32,369 bases of DNA from Nemertoderma westbladi (GCA_032718475.1 JAUCBJ010002068.1:1-32369); one strand, 5' to 3'. Numbered from the stretch's first letter, positions 20,790 through 32,369 are shown. Notes: a model not told the origin generated them from the letters alone. Program-made: numbers and translations.

Positions 20790-21200
20790 AGTGTCTTTCT
20801 TGTCTGGAATAGTTGAGTGAGATACATAACATGGGGCGTTCGGGGGATCATGTAGGTCGGCCAGAGAGTCAATAGAAGTGGGATTGTCGATAAATGAGTC
20901 TCTCAGCGAGTTGTACAGTTTGAATTTGAGGGTGACGTGTTCCCCATCCTCCAGTCCTCGAGAACCACGTGAACAAAGTATCTAACAAAATGTCTGTATG
21001 TGGGTGGCGAGTGGCGACCCACATACAGACATTTTGTTAGATACTTTTTTCACGTGGTGTGCGGTTGTACTTGTACAGACCCTTTTCAGTTGAAAGTTCG
21101 TGGGAACTGCGAATGATGGTTATCCGCGTTGGAGTAGATCTGTAGATCCCGTTATATGCCGTGATCGTTTGCAAGCAAACAAAGGGTTATTGTGGTCAAA
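20790..21200 (-). mobile_element. Old LINE ORF2 C-terminal remnant
   Basis: Minus strand ITIIRSSHELSTEKGLYKYNRTPREKSI ... GLEDGEHVTLKFKLYNSLRDSF resembles the RLSSHxLxIExGR...EDxxHxLxxCxxYxxLR motif. Confidence 0.6.
20964..21058. repeat. Near-perfect 42-bp-arm hairpin
   Basis: 20964-21005 vs 21017-21058, one mismatch, 11-nt loop. Confidence 0.95.
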
Positions 21201-22450
21201 TATCTAAATATGTGACATAACGACTCTTTTGAAGGCTACTCTCCTGATGATTACAGCGTTTGTCAGTGTTGAGAGCAGGAGAGGGATTTCTCCAATATAA
21301 TTTATGGGCTATCGGAGGTCAGACACGCTTTGATGGATCGGCACACTGGGGAGGAGTTAGCTTCGCTTAGTTTCGTGTTAACGCTGTGCCAATCCTCATA
21401 ATCAGATAATTGTATAAAATTTTATTGATAAGGCACGCGTCTAGAAGAAACTTTTCCTTCCACGGAGACTGGGAGGGATGCATTTATATTTTCTCTCAAA
21501 AATGCATAAAGTCGGCCATTAGTACAAGTAGGCTAAAGTAGTAGTAGTACTAGTCTAGTACAGGCTTACAGTGTCTGAGTGTACAGAGTACAAATGGGGT
21601 TTGGTACCGGTCAGCCGGTAGCATACAGGCATAGGCTGTCAGGCTGAAGGCCTAATAATAGCCTAACATAAACAGATAAACAAAATCCAGTAGGGAACAC
21701 ATGCCCGAAATGGCAGCACAGGCGCACTGCCATTTTTGAAAATTGCACTGCCATATTAGGCAGTTTTACTCTAAATTTTGTATAAAATGTCAATTTGTAT
21801 ACACTTCCTGCTGGAAGGGCCCCATTTTTATTTAATTGGATGAAAATATGATATATATTGGAGGTAAATTCAAAATTCGGTAGAGTTTCATGGTTGGGTT
21901 TCAGAGATATTTCACATTAAAAATTGTTAGTCCAAAACATGCACTGCCTAAAATGGCAGTGCAAAACAGGCCTCCATCAGTCCATATTTTCTGTTAACTT
22001 TATTAGGATGACCTTACGTTTTCAGCCAATAGGAGGCCAATTACTTGGGTTACCTTCAGATCATTTGATATGGCTGCTGCTTCCACTAGTATTTACATAG
22101 GTAATATACCTATAATATATAAGTAACATAAGTATATTATTGCAAGAAGTCCTATATTTTGATTTATAGTATCATGAATGTCAGTGTGTTACTATTTTTG
22201 TGACTATTGTATTATTATATCTTCTTTTTTTATTTATTATATTCTTACGATGGAAGATGATGAATAAGCACTTCTAATTTTTAATGATATCCAATGACTG
22301 GCAGCCAGAGGTAGAAGGCTCAAGTGAAAGTAGCAATGCAATGATACATTGGTGTTGGGGAATCATGACCGCCTGTCTGCCTGTGGACATTCTCCGAACT
22401 GTATAGAGGATGTGAAAGAATTGAGGGGAATGCTGATGCTGGTGTTGGAG

Positions 22451-22990
22451 GGATTGTGGCGGGTGGTAGTGGAGCTGAAGGGATTGTGGCCAGTAATGGT
22501 GAATGGTCTAGGGGACAGGATTGTGGCAGGTAATGCTGGAGGTTATGGAATTGTGTATGTTTGTAGTGGAGTTGAAGTGATTGTGGTGGGTTATAATGGA
22601 GGTGAAGGGATTGTGGCAGGTGCTAGTGATGGGATTGTGGCAGGTGATAGTGATGGGATTGTGGCAGGTGGTAGTGATGGGATTGTGGCAGGTGTTAGAG
22701 ATGGGATTGTGGCAGTATGTCATGATGGGTTTTGGGCGAGTGTAGTGGGGGGGATTGTGGCAGGTTGTAGTGTGGGATTGTGGCAAGTGGTAGTGATGGG
22801 TTTGTGGCGGGTGGTAGTGATGGGATTGTGGCAGGTTATCATGAAGGGTTTTTGGCGAGTGGTTGTGGAGGGATTGTGGCAGGTTGTAGTGGGGGGATTG
22901 TGGCAAGTGGTAGTGATGGGATTGTGGTGAGTGGTAGTGGTCGGATTGTGGCAGGTGGTGGTGGAGGTGATACGATTGTGGCGAGTGGTA
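22451..22990 (+). repeat. 24-bp minisatellite GGGATTGTGGCAGGTGGTAGTGAT
   Basis: ~20 degenerate copies, most regular from ~22608; reads as GIVAGGSD or GLWQVVVM repeats. Confidence 0.9.
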
Positions 22991-23850
22991 GTGGGGGGAA
23001 TATGGTTGATAGTAGTGGAGGTGGAAGAAAAATACGTCAGAAAACAACAGACCTTAAATATATAGAAAAACCGAATTCATGTTCTAGCACTATAATCATA
23101 AACGAAAGGGCACGTTAGTTGAGTAGGCAAATGAGTTAGATTAACTCACACTGGAACTGATTTGCTTTTTTTATCATACCTGGAAAATAAAAAAAATATA
23201 TAAGCTACCAGTAACTGGTCAAATCATCTACAAAGACAACAATTGATTCCAACTCAGAACCCCACTCAATTCTAAGTGCGATTAACATGTATGTTATTAA
23301 TAACACTATGTTTGAGACGCAAGCAGATGCACTGAAGACCTTTATTTCAGTTGCATCTAGGTCAGAGAGAGAGCCCACCCTTCACACACGGGATACGCAA
23401 ACACCCGAAGCAATGCCTTCAACAAGTGCTCAGGGGGACGACCAAGTTGAAGTTCTCCATATTAATGTAAATTTATATAGCAATAATCCTACACCAACCA
23501 ACACCACCAGTTATAACTCCATCAAAAACGCCAGAATCGGCGTTGATTCAATCTCACAGCAATCGCCGGGCACGTATATTCAATCCCTCAAATAGGTGCC
23601 ATTTGTGTTGCCGGTTTTTCAACACAGTCGGTGATATGGCGGACATAGTTCTGGGGTGTGGGGATAATAATGGGACATGGCAGCAGTGGGTGCATACTAT
23701 GTGTCTCGGATTCCCAATAGTAACCATGTATGACGCCAGAGAAATGAGGCCATGGTATTGCTTAAGCCATAGGCAGAAATATAAATCGCCAGTACAGAGC
23801 GATCTACTTGAACACAATGCCAATGCAGTTGATGGGCAATCATCGTCTAC

Positions 23851-25856
23851 CCCTGCAAACAATTTACTTTCAAGGAATGTCAGAAAAACATCATTAATTC
23901 GTTATAAATGTTGATAAATGTTATTCCCTTGTTTGATAGAATATTTAGATGTTCAATATATGTTATTTTAACATTACTCTATAATGTCTTTGTCAGACAT
24001 TAAATAAATGATAACTGTTGATGTTAAAAAAACGTAATTTTAATGTGAGAACATAAACATTAGTCAAAAATGTTTTATAAGTGTTTAGTTCTAACATTTT
24101 AAGAACATGGTTTGTTACATATCAGAACAATGTTATTTTGTCACATAAAATAAACATTATGCGATAGACGCTGTCACTTCTATTATCTAATCTGAGATTG
24201 ATGATTGGCTAATTTTAAAATTCGCGGTAATGGAGGAATTTTCCACATGTAAATGGTATACAGTATGGTATGTTGTACAATACTCATTTTGGCATGCCTG
24301 TATTCAATGTTTATTGTGTATATGTATTGTTATACTGCTGTACTGCAAGGCCTATATCTATATTACAGTAGTGTATTTACTGCAGGCCTACTGCACTGTA
24401 CAGTGTAGCTTATATTTTTGGTTTTATAGTTTTGGTTTTGTGATTTATTTAACCTGAACTCATAAATAAAACATATCTACCTGAATGGGAGTTCGCCTTT
24501 ACCCACTGGATTCACACATTACTGCATTAGACCTACCAATTACAGAATTCAAGTCTGCCAGGACCAGGCCAGCACTGACAGGTGGAGGATTGACTTATTT
24601 GTCTGTACTGATGGTGGATTTCAACAGCCGAGGACTAAAGATTGGAATTCTTATTATTGGGAGGTCCCAGTTTTCAGTTGAAGGGGCTGGGGCAGGGCAC
24701 AAGGACAGCATTACTACAAAACTTTCGATTCGATTTGAAAACTTCACATTAACTGTTATTACAAACTATTTATTGTTTCAGTTTTTAGATTGTACTTTTG
24801 TAGGGCCTAGGCCTATTGGTTTATTTTTACAGTTTAATAAATGAAGCTCACTCAGCTATAATTATAATAAACATTTAATTTTTTAAATATGATTTGTTCA
24901 GATAGGGAGGATTTGCGATGCAATCAAAATCATCCCTCTCCAGGGAGATATCGATTCAAATAAGTACTGATTACTCTCCCAGAAATAAATCTGTAACCTG
25001 ATTTTTTTTTTATTTACCCGTAGGATATAATAATGTGCCTCCGTAGCCAACTGTATTAGCCAACAGTATTTTAATTGATGCAATTCATTACGTTGTTGTT
25101 ACTTATTATTACGTCATAAACATATTCTTTTTAAGTCTGTGATTAACTTTAACCGAAATATCAAAACCATTTACGTAATGGGCCATACAGCCATATATTT
25201 GTTGTTTACTTATTCTGTGATATTTTACTTTGATTTTCTGTTTATTTCATTATTTGTTCCTGACTGGTCATTATACAAAAAATTCAATTTATATTGTACG
25301 TTTTAATTGTTATTAATTTGCATACAATTGCCTACAACAAAATTGTATTCAATCAAACTGTGTTAGAGATTGTAGCCTGCCACTACCATTTCAACATGCG
25401 TAGGGAAATTATTAATTAATTATCCAATAAAGGGTTTGGAAATTATAAAGAACGATATAAAGAACGGCAATGGAGGGGGATTATTAGTTTGAGTAAAACA
25501 TGAGAGAAGGGTTTAAATGCACGTATAATGCTACGTTTTTAGCAAACAATATTTTTATGTTTAGAAATAACATAAAAGTAACGATCTAAATAAACATTAT
25601 GCCGTTGTTATTTTAATGTCAATAAAAATACAATAATAATGATAAGGAATAACATAAAAGTAATGATATATGTAACCATCCTGGCTTTGTTATTTTAATG
25701 TTATTAAAAACGAAATAATAACGTTAATATATAACGTCATATTTCTTGGCCAATTTACAGTTTTTTTATCATTAATCTAACAATTTGAAATAATGTTATC
25801 TATGTCATTAAATAACATTTTAATAACAGCTTTTTAACAATACATTGTTTGCAGGG
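23851..25856. mobile_element. Nested CCC-ended (EnSpm/CACTA-like) non-autonomous element
   Basis: 13-bp TIR CCCTGCAAACAAT / ATTGTTTGCAGGG with dense subterminal AACATT/AATGTT/TAACGT repeats at both ends; no clean TSD. Confidence 0.7.
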
Positions 25857-27149
25857 CATCTTCTAATTCGCTTCTTCTAATTCATCTTCTAATTAACATC
25901 ACTAATTCGAGGTCGTGGCCGTGTTCGGTGCAATATAACTGAACATGATGCCGGTGCAGTTGATGGACAGTTGATGGTTATATATGTACAGTATAAATAC
26001 TGAAATAAATAAATTAATAAAATTAATAAACTGCTCTCAAAAGGATATAGAGTAGCGAATAGCTAAAACTGCAAAGGATCTACAGGGTCACTCTCTACAG
26101 TACAGCAGAGTACATACAGTGATACTGTAGATAAAAATTGTAATTTCCTATCAAAACTTACAGACTGACTGACTGAATACCGATAGTGCTGTAGTGATTA
26201 AGTTTCACACATTTACTTACAGACAGACAGAGCTGATGTAGCTGTATGGCTACTGCTACTACTAATTGTCTTTTCACACTGTTGTTTGCATACAGCTTCC
26301 CATGTGGACTTAGGTAATCGTAGTGAATACGTAGTCAATAACACTGCCATTTTAAGCAGTGCATGTTTCGGACTAGCAATTTATAATGTCCAATATCTCG
26401 AAAACCCAACCATGAAACTCTACCGAATTTTGAATTTACCTCCAATATATATCATATTTTCATCCAATGAAATAAAAATGGGGCCCTTCCAGCAGGAAGT
26501 GTTTAAAAATTGACATTTTATACAAAATTTTGGGTAAAACTGCCTAATATGGCAGTGCAATTTTCAAAAATGGCAGTGCGCCTGTGCTGCCATTTCGGGC
26601 ATGTGTTCCCTACTGAAATCCCCGTACTCGTGATTGTGTGATGTTACTGTGACAGGCAGACAGGGTGGCACCAAAATTCAGAAATTCTAACTACCGACGT
26701 ACGGTCAGACGGTACGGTAGTGGGTAGGCCCAAGCAAAAAGCGTAGGCGTGTTCAGGTGTTACGTGTGGGCTAGGGCAGTAGGGGAAACAGCACTGCAGT
26801 ACCGTACTGAACACACAGCAGACGTTGCAGAGAGCAGCAGAGAGACTGTAATATCATACCATCTGCTGCAATATATAGCACAGTACACTGCACACTGCTG
26901 CACTGGTACAGTTAGCTGCAGTAGCGCAGCTCAGAGAAATCCAATATTAAGACGGCCTGACTCTCGTTACAAATAGATGGAGCAGCTAGCTGTTAGTTGG
27001 GATTGGAGGATTATCTATAGCATTGGCAGCTGCCTGTTGTAAATAGAGAGTAGTAGGGAGGGAGGGGGGGGGGGGGGGGTGTTCTAATGACAGCTAACTC
27101 TTATTCACCAGCCTGCCTCACACACACCCCATAAATGGAGCAGCTTCTC

Positions 27150-27300
27150 GCTTCCTATTGGCTACAGTCATTCTTACAAAAACCAATGGTCAGTTATAAT
27201 TGCTACCTGATTCAGCATTACTCAGAATTTGAAATAAAAAAGCCCGGTTTCTCAGTAGAAAGTGGCAGTGTGCGAGTGTGGTATAGTATAAACCTTTGAG
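27150..27300 (+). promoter_or_regulatory. Candidate promoter
   Basis: ATTGG (~27157) and CCAAT (~27183) boxes upstream of TATAAA (~27288), downstream of a G tract; no downstream CDS identified. Confidence 0.25.
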
Positions 27301-28949
27301 TTTGTTTTGTGTTTGTTTGATTATTGTGGTACCGGTCCGGTACGGTGTGTTTTTTATTTTATTAAGATTTATATTTATTTATATTTTATGACTGTTTGGA
27401 TATTGCTCGGGAATTGTATAGTTTAAATGGATCTGATACAAGCAAATTATTAACATAGACAATGCTGCAATGGCGCCGCTAATCAGATACATCGTGACTT
27501 CGTTTGATAGTTTATATTATTCTATAAATGACTGTGGATCTACTGCTTTGCTTATGAATTCGAATTGAATATAAAGGTACTAGGTGAGGTAGGCATACTA
27601 CTACATCATTACATATACATACTAATATTAAAGTCACTAGGTTCCTCGGATTAGCTGTAATGCAGTAATGCTGTAACTGCACGTTTGGCACATTGCAGCA
27701 TTGGGAATTTTACTGTAAGGGTATATGTGCAGTAATATCATTGTCCTGTTGTTGAAATATGCAGACATTCGTATTCTCTCTAATGCTACATATAAACTTA
27801 GGTTAAATTACCAATATCAGAATATGCATAGTTATTAACAATACTGTAAATTTACAGACAGTAACGTTAACATTAGCGATGTTAATCTGTTAATGTTAGT
27901 TATTTATGGCTATTGGTGATTTACTTTAGGGCCTATAGTCAATAAATATTCAATGCCAATAGGCCTATACTACAAGTATGATACTAATATTTTCGGCCAT
28001 ATAAGTTAACTCCAGTGTAATTATCGTACACTCAACTCACTGACTACATGCTGATGCTGAGGCAGTGAGGCTGCCATGTTAATGTGGTTATCCATCTTGC
28101 ATGTCATGTATATTTTTTGACCATAACTCTTTATAATAAATAATCTTTATAATTTACTCTTTTTATTACTCTTTTTACTAATATACCTACATCTAATTGC
28201 GCCAGGTTTTTACTTTTTGGTCGAATTTTTACTGCAATTTTATATAGGAAGAATTTGTATTTTTTCAAATTTATCCTTATTAAGTGTTTTACAGCGCTTA
28301 TTTCTCTGACATATAACCTGTATAGATAGATACTTATTCGCTTATTGTTTTGGTTAGAATCAGCCATTCTAAAAGCTGTAGTTTTAGTAAAAACCTGGTG
28401 TGGTATTCTTCACATGGGGGTAAACTGCAAAGTGAAATATAATAGCAGAAAGTCTGGTATACTGCACATGGATGGGCCGGTAATTTGAATTATTGAATGG
28501 GAAACACGCTATTTCAAATCCTTGCTCAATATATCCAAGTGAATAAGTAATGATATCAACATATAAAGTTTGTTTATACTGATGTAGGTCTATCATCATA
28601 TTAATTATTGCTTTATTAGGTTTGTTACTATGGTAACGAGTAATAATATATCGCCATGTTCGCGTCAACGAGATACGATTACAGACAAGAGATATTTGGG
28701 AAGGTAATTATAATATATGTACAATTATTTTCAGATTTTAGGCCGCCAACTAAACAAGGTATTACTATTACATTAAAATATATCACTGTCTGACTGTCAG
28801 TTGTCTTATTAATTTCTGTTGTCATAGTTTCTTTACTTTTTCTGCTTTGTTTTTTATTCCTAATATTTACTTTCTTTTTATAGTTCGAAGTACCGGTAAC
28901 TACCAGTAACTGGTCCATTCACATTCTTCACTTCTTGGTTGGTCGCAGG

Positions 28950-29780
28950 GCCCGGAGGGGGGGGGGGGGGGGGGGTGGTATTTCGGGGACCGATTTTTGA
29001 ACTTATAATAACTTTGTACTGGATCCACAAAATTCAACCAAATTTGCTGTGCGTATATATAATTAATGTGCTATGTACGAACTGGTTTGAAAAAAAAATT
29101 GGAAGAAAATTTCATTCTTGGGTGCAAAAACAGCGCACCAAAAGTGCTAGTCATCAAAAAATTTCGAGTTTTATCAAATTCATTTCCCCAATGAAATAGA
29201 AACACTAAACTACTGTTTTCAAGGTTTTTAGCAATTGGTATGAGCAAATTATTGATTTTAACAAAAAATATCGGTGTTTTTCGACCGGGTTTGGGTTCGA
29301 AGAGTGCAAGTAAGTTCAAAATTTCGCAATTTGATAAGTTGATTATTTTAGGATAATTCGCAGCATTGTGGGGTTATTTGCAATGATAATTTCATTCGAA
29401 GAAATATCCAGTTGTTCAGGATTCCACAAAGTGCATTTTTCGATGAAATTTTGAAATGAAAAGTGCAAGTAAGTTCAACAGTAAATGTTACACTGTGGCA
29501 GTGTATGTATATATAAGTATTTTTCTTGAATTAAGAACATTCGAAAACCTAAAATTAAGGTGGAAGATAATAATTGAGAAACTATTACAAAATATGAAAG
29601 TGCTGGCTACTTGTATTTTTCGTCCCTTGACACCCAATTTATAATATTTGGGGAAAGAGGATAAAATTTTAAGAAAAGTCAAGACATTTCGCTGCCCTAC
29701 GCCTAGTGCTTTTGGTGCTGCAGCGCAGCAAAAAAAGGAATCCCCTACCCCCCCCCCCCTCCCCCGTCCGAAATAGGGTT
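28950..29780. mobile_element. Possible MITE bounded by inverted G/C runs
   Basis: cgga-G(n)-tggtatttc at ~28953-28984 and ggaatcccctac-C(n)-gtccg at ~29737-29770; internal direct repeat agtgcaagtaagttcaa. Confidence 0.3.
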
Positions 29781-31599
29781 ATTATAATTACCAATTTTAT
29801 TAAATATAATTAACTTCTAAATAATTTGGATTATGACTTAGTGTTAGGGTTACAGGACATGCCCACTGTAATCTGACTTTACACAAACAAAAATCACCTC
29901 AATATGGCAGCCCCAGACTGTCGTTTTTTTCTCGTGTTTGTTTGTTGGCTATAGTTAGGCAGGTCTACTATCAATATTCCTATTTATTAGCTAGAAAAAA
30001 ATTTTGGTAGCATTTTTTAGGCACCATTTTCACTTACCTTGTTTCTGGCAGAACTTTAAGTAAACAAACCCAATCTTTAAATTCTGGAACAAGATGTTTT
30101 TTGTAATATGTAGTATGTGTTACGGATGTAATATGAAATGATTTTTTATATTTCATATAATAACTTCCAATCACTATAGGCATAAGGTGAAAAGTAAATT
30201 TTTGACAATGTGTCATACTGAAATAATTCTAAAAAATATTTTTTTAATTCACTAACAGTAAGCCGACGATTGCAGTTCCAATGAGACTATTTTAATCTTC
30301 ATACGACCTCCCAAACTCTTTTTACAACATATTAATGATTCCGATCACTATGCCTACGGTGAAAATTAGTTTTTGTCGATTCGACAGACTATAAATGATG
30401 TCAACTGATGAAATTCCAGAACGTTAATTAATCAAATAATCAGACCGACAATTTGATTAAACTAGCTACTGGAGCAAAACATACTACAACAAAACATTTT
30501 AATACCAAATTTATTAATAATTACCAACATAATTACTGTTCTAGAATAAATAATGCGAAATCAACAGAAAAAACTTCTTGAATATTGATTGGATAAATAT
30601 TTTTATTCTTAAATTTTAACTTTTTCGCTCGAATATACCCCAAAATTTGGGAGAGAAATTTTCGCTTTTTTCCCGGCGAAAAAAGTAAAATAAAATATTT
30701 TTGTGGACTTTCTTAAATTTTATTAAATGTGTTTAAAGAGCAACGACGTAGAAAAGGTTTGCAAGTAATTTGACCAAAATCCATTGACACACTCGAAAAA
30801 GTTATTGCCACTTTATCGTCTACAAGGCGAACTCCGAAACGGAACTCAATATCCAATATTGGTTTATGTTGTTAAGCGGCTCTCTAGTTACGTAATAAAT
30901 ATTCGAGAACACTAAATAGTGCAGTTCAATTTATTTGGTAGCACTACTGTACTGCAGTGTTTCGCTAGGTTTTATTATAGAATTGAGCAACAAAAAAGTA
31001 CCAATTTAAGAATAAAATTACGCATTATATGGGAAAAAAAGTAGAACATTTTTTTTTCAATATTCTCTCGACCCTTAACGCAAATTCCTATTAACTCTGA
31101 ACTAACAATAAGTTAATAGCTATAATAATATACTAATAAAAAATACGGAAAATAAAAAACAAATTACTAAAATATAAATAAATAATAATTATTTCAGATC
31201 GGCGGTTCAGTTGGTTTTATCAAACGTTCTCCAACTTATAGCTGACAGCAATGTACCAGAACACCGACTAGCTACCCGCTTACTAAAGGTAAAACAACTT
31301 TAATTATACTGATGTTCTAGAACATGTGGGATTGTTCTTGTTATTATTTTACGTTTTCTATTAATTTTATATAATTGTCGCTAAAACAGTTGCTCTTTCC
31401 GCTAAATTATAATTATTTATTGTTAAATTTCTGGATTACTCAACGCTGGTCTATGGAAGAGCCGTAATCCACATATTTATTTATCTCTCACGCTGTCTTG
31501 GTTACCATAAATAACATTTATCAACTATTTCTTGTTGCAGTTACCTAATATACGAAATTGCCTAATATAAGTTATTTTTTATACTACCTAGTATATATA

Positions 31600-32235
31600 C
31601 AGGGTGTTCCACAAAATTTGACACGTTTTTGTTTTTTAATAACTTTGCGCAATCTTAACCTAATTTTCTAGTTTTGGTGGCAATCGGAAGCCAAAAGATA
31701 AACTTTGGTTTGGGTATAGCATGTTTTAGTTGCTATTGAAACTTAGTTGCTATGTAAAACAAGAGTTTGATTATCCACTTAAATTTACTGTAAATATAAA
31801 GGTATAAAACTGCACATATTAGTGAAATAATGAAACATATATGATATAGGTAGTGGGCTAAAATAGTTTAAGATTGGGTAAGTTTATAATGAGTTTACTA
31901 CTACTTTATACTAATTTAATTTATTTAATTATAATAATTTACTACTAATAAACTTCAATATGTCCTCCTCCAATATGCTGGACGTGATCCTGTCTGCTGC
32001 GCATCTCCTTGAAGCAATTAGCGAAGTAATCCGATTCATCGTCCCCAAAGTTTTCGTTTAGAAACTCTCCAATAAGCCCCAGTGGGGTGGTGCGCCATCT
32101 TGCAATATTCCATACCCAAACCAAAGTTTAAGTTAATCTTTTGGCTTCAAATTGCCACAAAAACTAGGAAATTCGGTTGAGATCGCGCAAAGTTTTTAAA
32201 AAACAAAAACGTGTCAAATTTTGTGGAACACCCTG
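31600..32235 (-). mobile_element. Internally deleted Tc1/mariner transposon
   Basis: TA TSD, ~118-bp TIRs CAGGGTGTTCCACAAAATTTGACACG; minus-strand remnants ILQDGAPPHWG, EFLNENFG and C-terminal GGGHIEVY*. Confidence 0.92.
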
Positions 32236-32369
32236 TATATTCGTCAACATGTTCTATTATTTTTATAATTATTACATTTATTATATTACATTACATATTA
32301 TTATTACATTTTTTTAAATAGTTCTAAATTAATATACTTGAAAATATAGCGGAGCCAGTTTTAGTTATT

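Larger units (their letters stand above)
22250..26003 (+). pseudogene. Decayed transposon cargo gene with C-terminal PHD finger
   Basis: Reading frames with in-frame stops from ATG 22250; candidate intron 23289-23350 (gtatgt...tttatttcag); PHD-like CHLCC...C...WVHTMC...WYCLSH at 23597-23770; EHNANAVDGQ before and EHDAGAVDGQ after the nested insertion; AATAAA cluster at ~26003-26030. Confidence 0.6.
21688..26615. mobile_element. Non-autonomous DNA transposon with ~274-bp TIRs and 5-bp TSD
   Basis: TIRs 21688-21961 / 26342-26615 beginning CAGTAGGGAACACATGCCCGAAATGGCAG; AAATC at 21683-21687 and 26616-26620; repeated GCACTGCCA motifs in the TIRs. Confidence 0.92.

Noticed and set aside
21688-21730. 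RAG recombination signal sequence at the TIR
   Set aside because: Terminus is CAG not CAC, no nonamer, and the TIRs are long and symmetric
22508-23047. His/Pro-rich minus-strand ORF
   Set aside because: Antisense reading of the 24-bp minisatellite
22250-23220. Alternative genetic code (TAA/TAG read-through) explaining in-frame stops
   Set aside because: TGA stops and frameshifts also occur, and the intact copia ORF ends in TAA; decay is the simpler explanation
24890-24945. DFDCIANPPY, resembling an N6-adenine methyltransferase motif IV (minus strand)
   Set aside because: Sits in a ~26-codon stretch between stops with no SAM-binding motif; probably chance
21689-26614. Polinton/Maverick interpretation (AG...CT termini)
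   Set aside because: TSD only matches with CAG...CTG termini; no polB, integrase or capsid remnants
28131-29682. Several 60-95-aa ORFs
   Set aside because: AT-rich, K/I/N/F-biased, no domain motifs

Overview
AT-rich eukaryotic (probably invertebrate animal) genomic DNA, dense in transposable elements; not prokaryotic. Two host genes with intronless coding regions are supported: a signal-peptide/GPI-type Cys-rich Ly6/three-finger-like protein (2653-3288, +) and a cysteine string protein DNAJC5/CSP (17925-18539, -). The window contains a complete, very young Ty1/copia (GalEa-like) LTR retrotransposon (9362-14466, -; 5-bp TSD GATAG). It also contains four RTE-type LINE fragments, two LINE C-terminal zinc-knuckle remnants, several MITEs (Kolobok-, Harbinger-, Tc1/mariner-like), Helitron/HINE-like short elements and mini/microsatellites. 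The most unusual object is a 4.9-kb DNA transposon-like element (21688-26615) with ~274-bp TIRs and a 5-bp TSD (AAATC). It has no visible transposase but carries a decayed, probably spliced cargo gene ending in a PHD finger with a RAG2-like WVHxxC...YCxxH tail, and that gene is interrupted by a nested ~2-kb CCC-ended element. Family assignments come from motif recognition only and need database confirmation.
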